Positions 45,309 through 52,027 of a stretch of DNA of 52,027 bases are shown here, piece after piece (the first letter of the stretch is position 1; the number at the start of each line of letters is the position of its first letter). Source of the DNA: Candidatus Binataceae bacterium (lineage in GTDB: Bacteria > Desulfobacterota > Binatia > Binatales > Binataceae); assembly GCA_030037595.1 (NCBI GenBank), contig JASHQJ010000178.1, positions 1 to 52,027 on the forward strand. Direction: 5' to 3'. The notes below the pieces were generated by a model. It did no database searches. It was given only the letters and a program-made list of their open reading frames with translations, and was not told the origin of the DNA. The translations under genes and the position numbers were made by a program.

Positions 45309-46557
45309 ATCGGAACAGGAAGCATCGACGACAGGGCAGGGTACCGCGCTCGATGACGGCATGACGCCGCGGCTCGAGCTGTTCGACTCGCCGCGCGCAT
45401 GGCGGATGGTCGCGGCGGCGTTCGTCGCGATGTTCGCGGTTTATGGCGTCGCGTACAGTTTCGGCGCGTTCTTCAAGCCGATGGCTGCGGAGTTCGGCGC
45501 GGGCCGCAGTCTCACCTCGGTCGTCTTCTCGCTCACGGTTTGCGTATGGTCAACACTCGGTACGCTGACAGGTCACCTCGGCGACCGCCTGGGTCCGCGT
45601 GTTGTAGTAGGCGTTGGCGGCCTCGTCATGGGTCTCGGGCTGCTGCTGACCTCGCATATTCACGTGCTGTGGCTGATTTATCTCACGTACGGTGTCGGCG
45701 TTGGGATCGGCGTTGCGTGTGCTTACGTGCCGATGGTTGCGGTGGTCGGGGGGTGGTTTCTGAATCGGCGTAACACGGCGCTCGGAATCGCGGTCGCGGG
45801 AATCGGCTTCGGCACTACGCTGGGCGCGCCGCTCGCCGCATGGCTCGTGGCGCGATATGGCTGGCGCACGAGCGACGTAATCTTCGCGGCCGGCGCGACC
45901 GCTATCCTGCTCGGATGTGCCGCGGCGATCGAGCGGCCTCCGGTCCGGGTCACGCCGTCGAAGATGAATTTGCTCGATGCCGTGCGCACGCCCGCATTCC
46001 GTCTCCTGTATGTTTCCGCGGTCCTCAATTCGATGTCGCTCTTCATTCCGTTCGTGTACCTGCCGGCGTATGCGCACGATCATGGCGCGAGCGAGGTCGC
46101 GGCGGCCGCACTGGTCGGGGTGATCGGCGGCGCCAGCGTTGCGGGAAGGCTCGGCCTCGGCGCGATGGCGGATCGCGCGGGCGTCGTACGTCTCTACCAG
46201 GCGAGTTTCCTCGTGCTCGGTGTCAGCTACCTCATCTGGATGCTCGCTGGAACGTACCCATGGCTGATCACATTCGCGCTGGTGATGGGCGCGGGATACG
46301 GCGGCTTCGTCGCGCTCTCGCCCGCGGTGCTGGCGCATCTATTCGGCACGCGGCGGCTCGGCACGACGATGGGTGCGCTCTACACGAGCGGCGCGATCGG
46401 AGCGCTTATCGGACCGCCGCTTGCGGGACTGATCGTTGATCGCACCGGTAGCTACCGTCTCGCGATCGCGTTCGCCTTCGTGATCGCGATGGCCGCGTAC
46501 GCGGCGCTGATTCCGCTCGGCCGTCACGAGCACTCGACGAGCGCGGCCTTCTCCTGA
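45304..46557 (+). CDS. MFS transporter (oxalate/formate-antiporter / monocarboxylate-like)
   Basis: About 12 TM segments, with WRMVAAAFVAMFAVYGVAYSFGAFFKPM and GHLGDRLGPR. The start is ATG 45304 or ATG 45361. Confidence 0.82.
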   Translation: MQSEQEASTTGQGTALDDGMTPRLELFDSPRAWRMVAAAFVAMFAVYGVAYSFGAFFKPMAAEFGAGRSLTSVVFSLTVCVWSTLGTLTGHLGDRLGPRVVVGVGGLVMGLGLLLTSHIHVLWLIYLTYGVGVGIGVACAYVPMVAVVGGWFLNRRNTALGIAVAGIGFGTTLGAPLAAWLVARYGWRTSDVIFAAGATAILLGCAAAIERPPVRVTPSKMNLLDAVRTPAFRLLYVSAVLNSMSLFIPFVYLPAYAHDHGASEVAAAALVGVIGGASVAGRLGLGAMADRAGVVRLYQASFLVLGVSYLIWMLAGTYPWLITFALVMGAGYGGFVALSPAVLAHLFGTRRLGTTMGALYTSGAIGALIGPPLAGLIVDRTGSYRLAIAFAFVIAMAAYAALIPLGRHEHSTSAAFS

Positions 46558-46591
46558 CTTCGCGTGGCATGCCGGTTGCTCAATCGTCGCC

Positions 46592-47073
46592 GTGGGTTCT
46601 TATCAAGTTGACAATCCCGGGATCATCGCGCGCCCGCCCCGGATTTATCTCGCTGTTCTGATCGCCGGAATCATTTCTTGACCACTTGTGGCCTGCAGTG
46701 TCCGCTGCGCACCTCTTGGGGCAGCGGAAGGTTCCTTGTTGCGGTCGCGCTGATGGTGATCGGCGCCGCGATGCCGAGGTCTGCAATGGGTCAATTTCGA
46801 GCCGCGCGAACCAATGTGCCGACTCCGATGCCGTCGACAACATTGGTTACGAACGGGCTATATTCCTACTCGCGGAACCCCATTTACATCTCGCTCACAC
46901 TGATTTACCTGGGGCTTGCGATCGCGGCCGACAGCCTCTGGAGCGTGATTTTCCTCGTGCCAATCCTGATACTGATCCGCCACGGCGTGATCGCCCGCGC
47001 GGAACGTTACCTCGAGCGCAAGTTCGACGGCGCGTACGACGACTATCGAAATCGCGTTCGGCGCTGGATCTAA
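46592..47073 (+). pseudogene. ICMT/PEMT-family membrane methyltransferase, probably frameshifted near 46676 (intact C-terminal ORF 46678..47073)
   Basis: The C-terminal ORF carries LVTNGLYSYSRNPIYISLTLIYLG…ERYLERKFDGAYDDYRNRVRRWI. A family-like N-terminus (VDNPGIIARPPRIYLAVLIAGII) is encoded upstream in frame 2 and stops at the TGA at 46679. LDHLWP follows in frame 0 after a T-run. Confidence 0.5.
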
Positions 47074-47077
47074 ATCT

Positions 47078-47857
47078 TCACTTGGCGTCCTGGAAAATCA
47101 TGCCCAGCGAGAAACGGCATCCGTGCGTGATCGTGCTCACGCCATGCCTGATCGCGACACGATAATAGCCGCGCGAACCGCGCACCGGCCTGAATTGATT
47201 TGGAAAGATGATGCCCTCGCCTTGGTCAAGCGTGATCGCGGTTCCGCGCGACTGCGCTCGTGGCCGCTGCTCGACGAGCAGCAGCTCTCCGCCCTCGAAG
47301 TCGCGGTCACGCTTGCTCAAAGTGCAGGTGAATTGGAGCGGGAACGCGACCTCGCCGTAGAGATCCTGATGCAGGCAGTTGTAGCCGCCCGATTCGTATC
47401 GAAGGACAAGCGGCGTCGGACGTTCCTGGCCGTGCCGATGACACTTGTCGATGAAGCGTTCGAGCGTCGGCGGAAATTCTGATTCGCTGCGGCCGAGCGC
47501 ATGCGACCATCGATTCGCGATTGGCGCGAGCCGCTCGTAGAGAAGCACGCGCATCTTCTCGACCAGTGGTGGCAACGGGCGCGCGAAATACTTGTACTCG
47601 CCGAGGCCGTAATTGAGCCGCTCCATGACGATTCGGCTGCGGAACCGCTCGCGATCATCGTATATCGCGATTAACCCTTCGCACTCCTCGCGCGTAAGCA
47701 CAGATCCGGTCAGCGCGTAGCCGCGATCGTCAAGCTCACGCGCGATACGCTCCCAATCCAGTGCGCCGACGCGCGCGTCAATCGCGGCGGCCGAAACGTC
47801 GCGGGCGCGGCCCGAAGACCGCGCCCGCGTTCGCGAAACCTGCTTTCTTTCGATCAC
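47078..47857 (-). CDS. 2OG-Fe(II) oxygenase family protein
   Basis: 259 aa. The GTG start overlaps the esterase stop (GTGA). A His-x-Asp facial-triad candidate lies in GGYNCLHQDLYGE, and a distal His in RHGVSTITHG. It resembles the 'oxygenase-NA'/PF09859-type proteins as I recall them; this was not verified. Confidence 0.7.
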   Translation of the reverse strand: MIERKQVSRTRARSSGRARDVSAAAIDARVGALDWERIARELDDRGYALTGSVLTREECEGLIAIYDDRERFRSRIVMERLNYGLGEYKYFARPLPPLVEKMRVLLYERLAPIANRWSHALGRSESEFPPTLERFIDKCHRHGQERPTPLVLRYESGGYNCLHQDLYGEVAFPLQFTCTLSKRDRDFEGGELLLVEQRPRAQSRGTAITLDQGEGIIFPNQFRPVRGSRGYYRVAIRHGVSTITHGCRFSLGMIFQDAK

Positions 47858-48744
47858 TTCGCCTGCGCTTTGACGAAGGCGCCTATTTTCTCGATCGCTT
47901 CTTTCCCTTCGTCGAGCATCGGCGCGAAGATCTGGAAGACGTGGATCATCTTTTCGTACGGTTCGTAGGTAACCTTCACTCCCGCTTTGCGCGCGCGCTC
48001 CGCGAGCCGGGTCGAGTCGTCGAGCAGAGTCTCCGAGGTGCCAACCTGGATGAGCAGCGGCGGCAACCCCGCGAGGTCCGCGTAGAGGGGCGCCGCGAGG
48101 GGAGTGCGCGGATCTTTGCCGGCGAGGTAATGCTTCGCCATCCCGGTCAGAACGTCTTTCTGTACCATCGGATCCTCGGCAGCCTTGGTCGTCATCGATT
48201 CGCCGATTCCTTCAAGATCGATCCACGGCGAAAGGCATACACCCGCGGCCGGCAGCTTCAGATTCTGATCGCGAATCGCGACCAGCGTCGAAACCGTCAG
48301 GCCACCGCCCGCCGAATCTCCCGCAACCACGATCTTCGCGGGCGCCACGCCTTGAGCTACCAGCCACTTGTATGCGGCGACAGAATCCTCGACCGCGGCT
48401 GGGAACGGATGCTCGGGCGCGAGCCGATAGTCGATCAGTAAAACCCGCGACGCGGCCGCGCGTGAAATCATTCCAGTCATCGCGCGATGTGTATTGATCG
48501 AGCCAATCACGTAGCCGCCGCCGTGCAGATAAAGGACGACGCGCGACGCGTCGACTCCTGGAGCCGTCACCCATTCCGCGGGCACAGTGCTCGCCTTGAC
48601 CGGTTCGCATTTTACGTCCGCGGCTACCGGCATCGTATTTCCCATCTGCTCGAAACCCGCACGCATGTCCGCGACAGAAGGATTATCGAGCCGGGGACCG
48701 GCCTTGAGCATCAGGACGAGAGTTTCGAGTTGTTGGATCGACAT
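47854..48744 (-). CDS. alpha/beta hydrolase, hormone-sensitive-lipase (family IV) type esterase
   Basis: ATG at 48744 follows a GAGGAGG RBS. It has the HGGGY oxyanion motif and the GDSAGGG nucleophile elbow. The longer 49248 start overlaps the SDR gene. Confidence 0.88.
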   Translation of the reverse strand: MSIQQLETLVLMLKAGPRLDNPSVADMRAGFEQMGNTMPVAADVKCEPVKASTVPAEWVTAPGVDASRVVLYLHGGGYVIGSINTHRAMTGMISRAAASRVLLIDYRLAPEHPFPAAVEDSVAAYKWLVAQGVAPAKIVVAGDSAGGGLTVSTLVAIRDQNLKLPAAGVCLSPWIDLEGIGESMTTKAAEDPMVQKDVLTGMAKHYLAGKDPRTPLAAPLYADLAGLPPLLIQVGTSETLLDDSTRLAERARKAGVKVTYEPYEKMIHVFQIFAPMLDEGKEAIEKIGAFVKAQAK

Positions 48745-48770
48745 GAGAGTTACCTCCTCGATGAAATGCG

Positions 48771-49562
48771 CTACCAGTCCGGTCCCTGGCCGGTGAGGCT
48801 CGGCATGCCCGAGTGAGCCCACAGGCCGCCGTCTGCCACGAAGAACGCGCCCGTGACGAATGATGCCTCGTCGGAGGCGAGAAACAAGACCACGTTGGCG
48901 ATCTCTTGCGGCTGGCCCAGCCGGCCCATGGGAATCGCTTCTTTGATCCTGCCGACGATATCCGGGCGCGAATCTTCCATCCGAAGCAGCGGCGGCGTGC
49001 CGATCGGCCCCGGACATACGCAATTGCATCGGATGCCCTTGCGCGCGTATTCGATTGCCGTCACGCGCGTGATATTGACGACGCCCGCTTTCACTGCGTT
49101 GTACGCGCCCAGGCCGTAGTCGCCGGCGAGTCCTGAGACCGACGCCGTATTGACGATCGCGCCGCGGCCTCGCGGCAGCATCACCCCGATCGCGCACTTG
49201 GTCGCGTACCAATAGGCGGTGAGCCCGACGTCGAGCGTCTTCTGCCATCCCTCGAGCGTGAGGTCGCCGATATGTCCGACGGTGGCGAAGACTGCATTGT
49301 TGTGCAAGATGTCGAGGCGGCCGAACTGCTTCTCCGCGAATGCTATCATGTGCTCGATCTCGGCAGGCTTGCCGATATCGGCGTGATGAAACTCCGCGGT
49401 GCCGCCGGCTTTCCGAATCTCAGCGACGACGCGCTGGCCGCCTTCATCGTTTAGATCGACGACCACCACTGCTGCGCCTTCGCGCGCGAACGTTTTGGCC
49501 GTGGCTTCGCCGATCCCCGAACCGGCGCCGGTGATGAGCGCGATCTTGTCCTTCAGCCGCAT
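48771..49562 (-). CDS. short-chain dehydrogenase/reductase (SDR)
   Basis: ATG at 49562 (MRLKDKIALITGAGSGIGEATA…), with NNAV and the Y-x3-K motif YNAVKAG. Confidence 0.9.
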   Translation of the reverse strand: MRLKDKIALITGAGSGIGEATAKTFAREGAAVVVVDLNDEGGQRVVAEIRKAGGTAEFHHADIGKPAEIEHMIAFAEKQFGRLDILHNNAVFATVGHIGDLTLEGWQKTLDVGLTAYWYATKCAIGVMLPRGRGAIVNTASVSGLAGDYGLGAYNAVKAGVVNITRVTAIEYARKGIRCNCVCPGPIGTPPLLRMEDSRPDIVGRIKEAIPMGRLGQPQEIANVVLFLASDEASFVTGAFFVADGGLWAHSGMPSLTGQGPDW

Positions 49563-49574
49563 GACCGATCGGTC
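49563..49574. promoter_or_regulatory. perfect 12-nt palindrome GACCGATCGGTC abutting the SDR start codon
   Basis: It lies directly 5' of the minus-strand ATG (49562), between the AAGGA SD and the start codon. It shares the GACCGAT half-site with 10951-10974 and with the isc leader repeats. Confidence 0.3.
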
Positions 49575-49689
49575 CTTGAACTGGTACTGGCCGCGAGTAT
49601 AGTCCGCCCCGCGCCGCGTCGGCAAAGTGATTTCGCTTGCCGCGCTCGCGCGATGGGTTCTAGAGTCGGAAGCGCCTGGAGTGCATCAA

Positions 49690-50853
49690 ATGAAGGTATC
49701 ACTCTTTTATCTGCCCTCAGTCGGCAACAAGACGGAAATCGAAAAGGGCCGCGTCGGCCTCAACGGCTCGCTCTACGATCAGATGCTCCGCGAAATTACC
49801 GCGCAGGCGCGCCTTGCCGACGATCTCGGTTACGATTCAATCAGTTTCACCGAGCATCACTTCCACGTCGAGGGCTTCGAACTATCGAACAATCCTGTCC
49901 TGCTCGATCTCTACATTGCGATGCAGACCAAGCGGCTTCGCGTTGGGCAGCTTGGAATCGTGCTGCCGTCGCAGAATCCGATACGCGTCGCTGAGGATAT
50001 CGCGATGCTCGATCATATGTCGGGTGGGCGCGCGAACGCCGGCTTCGCGCGCGGCTATCAGCGCCGATGGGTCGATATCATGGCGCAGCAGACGCACGGG
50101 ATTCACGGCGCGCTGCCTCATCAGCACGACGAGATCGACGCCGCCAACCGCGCGGCGTTCGAGGAGAACTTCCGCATCATCAAGCAGGCGTGGACCCAGG
50201 ACTTTATCAACTATGACGGCCGCTACTGGCGGGTGCCGCCGGGCGACACGCCGTGGACGCTGGAGGCGACGCGTAAGTGGGGCGGAGGTATCGAGAACGG
50301 CCTGGTGCGCGCCGTCTCGGTCGTGCCGAAGCCGGTGCAGAAGCCGCATCCTCCGGTGTTCCAGCCGTTCGCGTCGTCGGAGCGCAGCATCCGATGGTGC
50401 GCCGAGCAGGGCGTCACCGCGATCCTGCCGCCGCTGCATCCCGATCTCGAGCGTCACCTCTGCGACGTTTATGCCGGGGTCTCGAAGAAGCCGCTCGGCG
50501 ATGGGATGGGTGTGCTGCGTGACATCGTGATCGCCGACAGCGACGATGAGGCGCGCGCGATCTGGCACGACAGCGGATACTTTTGCGGCCACGAATGGTT
50601 CGAGCCATTCGGCTTTTCCGCCGGCCTCAACGATCCGAAGACCGGCGAGGCTGCCGATCTCTGGAGCAATGGACTCGCGTTCGTCGGCACCGTTGACACT
50701 GTCACGCGCCAACTCGAGCATCTCGTGAAGCGGCTTCCGATCCGCTGGATATTCGCTTGGATGTACAACGGCCTGATGCCACACGACCGCCTGATGAAAA
50801 CGATCGAGCTCTTCTGGACCAAGGTGCTGCCGCGCGTCGCGGATGTGCGTTAG
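49690..50853 (+). CDS. LLM-class flavin-dependent oxidoreductase
   Basis: ATG at 49690 follows GGAG (MKVSLFYLPSVG…). It has DSISFTEHHF and LDHMSGGRANAGFARG, typical of luciferase-like monooxygenases. Confidence 0.85.
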   Translation: MKVSLFYLPSVGNKTEIEKGRVGLNGSLYDQMLREITAQARLADDLGYDSISFTEHHFHVEGFELSNNPVLLDLYIAMQTKRLRVGQLGIVLPSQNPIRVAEDIAMLDHMSGGRANAGFARGYQRRWVDIMAQQTHGIHGALPHQHDEIDAANRAAFEENFRIIKQAWTQDFINYDGRYWRVPPGDTPWTLEATRKWGGGIENGLVRAVSVVPKPVQKPHPPVFQPFASSERSIRWCAEQGVTAILPPLHPDLERHLCDVYAGVSKKPLGDGMGVLRDIVIADSDDEARAIWHDSGYFCGHEWFEPFGFSAGLNDPKTGEAADLWSNGLAFVGTVDTVTRQLEHLVKRLPIRWIFAWMYNGLMPHDRLMKTIELFWTKVLPRVADVR

Positions 50854-50901
50854 CTGCTCGCTGCTGATACATAGATCGCGCCGGCCGAGGGCCGGCTGGT
50901 G

Positions 50902-52027
50902 ATGCTCGCACCGCTCACGACCGCAAATTTCCTTGGCGATCTCGCGCTGGTACTGTGCGTCGCCGCACTCACGACGGTTATCTTCCAGGCGATGCGCCAG
51001 CCGGTCGTGGTCGGCTACCTGGTGGCGGGGATGGTGGTGGGACCCCATCTAAGGGTTCCGCTGCTCGCCAACTACGATCGCATCCACACGCTCTCCGAGT
51101 TCGGCGTGATCCTGCTGATGTTCGCGCTGGGGCTCGAGTTCAGCGTGCGCAAGTTGATCAAGCTTGGTCCGACGTCGGGGTTCATCACGGCCATCCAGGT
51201 CGGTTTGATGATCTGGCTTGGCTACATCTGCGGCAAGGCGATGGGCTGGACGCCGCTCGAGAGCATCTTTACAGGAGCGTTCCTCTCAATCTCGAGCACC
51301 ACGATCGTCGCCAAGGCCTACGAGGAGACATCCACCACCCAGCGCCTGCGGGATCTCGTGTTCGGCGTGCTTCTGATGGAGGACCTGACCGCGGTGGTCG
51401 AGCTCGCGATCCTGACCGCGCTCGCCTCCGGTACGCAGGTTTCGGCGCCGATGCTGTTCAGGACGGTCGCGCACCTGGTGATCTTTCTCGCGCTGTTGGT
51501 CGGCATCGGTATCATCGTCGTGCCGCGCGTGATCAGGCTCGTCGTACGGCTGAACCGGCCTGAGACCACGCTGATCGCGAGCGTGGGAATCGCGTTCGGG
51601 CTTGCGCTGCTGGCAGAGCATGCCGGCTACTCGGTGGCACTCGGCGCGTTTCTCGGCGGATCGCTGGTCGCGGAGTCGGGTGAAGTGCATTCGATCGAGC
51701 ACCTGGTCGCGCCGGTGCGCGATCTCTTTGGTGCGGTGTTCTTCGTCTCAGTCGGGATGATGATCGATCCGAGCCTCATCGCCGAGCACTGGCTCGCGAT
51801 GATCTTGCTGGTCGGCGCGGTTATCGTCGGAAAGGTCGTTGCGGTTGGACTCGGCTCACTGATGAGTGGCGCGGGAATCACGACCTCGGTCGAGGCGGGC
51901 ATGAGCCTCGCGCAAATCGGCGAGTTCTCGTTCATCATCGCGGGCGTCGGATTGCGCCTGAACGCGAGCCGTGACTTTATCTACACGCTCGCGGTCGCGG
52001 TCTCCGCGATTACGACCTTCACCACGC
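50902..52027 (+). CDS. cation:proton antiporter (CPA2/Kef-type Na+/H+ exchanger family), 3' end cut by window edge
   Basis: This ORF is not in the track because no stop falls inside the window. Frame 1 is open from ATG 50902 to the window end: MLAPLTTANFLGDLALVLCVAALTTVIFQAMRQPVVVGYLVAGMVVGPH…EFGVILLMFALGLEFS…LAQIGEFSFIIAG. Confidence 0.85.
   Translation, partial: MLAPLTTANFLGDLALVLCVAALTTVIFQAMRQPVVVGYLVAGMVVGPHLRVPLLANYDRIHTLSEFGVILLMFALGLEFSVRKLIKLGPTSGFITAIQVGLMIWLGYICGKAMGWTPLESIFTGAFLSISSTTIVAKAYEETSTTQRLRDLVFGVLLMEDLTAVVELAILTALASGTQVSAPMLFRTVAHLVIFLALLVGIGIIVVPRVIRLVVRLNRPETTLIASVGIAFGLALLAEHAGYSVALGAFLGGSLVAESGEVHSIEHLVAPVRDLFGAVFFVSVGMMIDPSLIAEHWLAMILLVGAVIVGKVVAVGLGSLMSGAGITTSVEAGMSLAQIGEFSFIIAGVGLRLNASRDFIYTLAVAVSAITTFTT

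Noticed and set aside
1-52027. Scan for CRISPR arrays, transposases, integrases, toxin-antitoxin pairs and known defence-system domains
   Set aside because: Nothing matching these was found by reading all six frames. The repeats present are short palindromes or in-frame coding repeats.

Overview
This is a 52-kb, high-GC (roughly 60-65% by eye), gene-dense chromosomal segment from a diderm-type bacterium (RND pump, signal peptides, OMP-like protein). Taxonomy cannot be assigned from the sequence alone. I support about 45 intact protein genes, one tRNA and three decayed genes. I saw no CRISPR array, transposase, integrase, phage or recognisable defence genes. Layout: (1) a 5'-truncated Zn-ADH, an amidohydrolase-2, an acyl-CoA dehydrogenase and a DUF3237 protein. 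(2) An iscS-iscU-iscA-hscB-hscA-iscX Fe-S assembly operon that lacks iscR and fdx, followed by an unassigned protein with a Lys/Ala/Pro tail. (3) An SDR-TetR operon with a 24-nt palindromic operator. (4) A Zn-ribbon membrane protein and a secreted Tyr/Asn/Gly-rich low-complexity protein. (5) A minus-strand ccr - FAD/Fe-S oxidoreductase - LLM operon, divergent from a hot-dog / short ACAD / hot-dog / CoA-ester lyase / OMP-like operon. This is the most interesting locus: it resembles an ethylmalonyl-CoA-type module built from non-canonical parts. (6) A decayed HhH-GPD DNA glycosylase, argC, a CHASE2 adenylate cyclase, and tRNA-Asp directly upstream of rplM-rpsI. (7) An RND pump, its adaptor and an orphan sensor-like membrane protein, with no outer-membrane factor. 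(8) A LOG-family gene and two dienelactone-hydrolase paralogues; one lacks the nucleophile and is fused to an NTF2-like domain. (9) A heavily decayed PQQ-like beta-propeller gene. (10) MFS transporters, gluconokinase, hydrolases, a TetR, PPK2, a methyltransferase, a probably frameshifted ICMT gene, an SDR-esterase-2OG-oxygenase operon, a second LLM and a 3'-truncated CPA2 antiporter. All family assignments come from reading motifs in the translations; no database search was possible.
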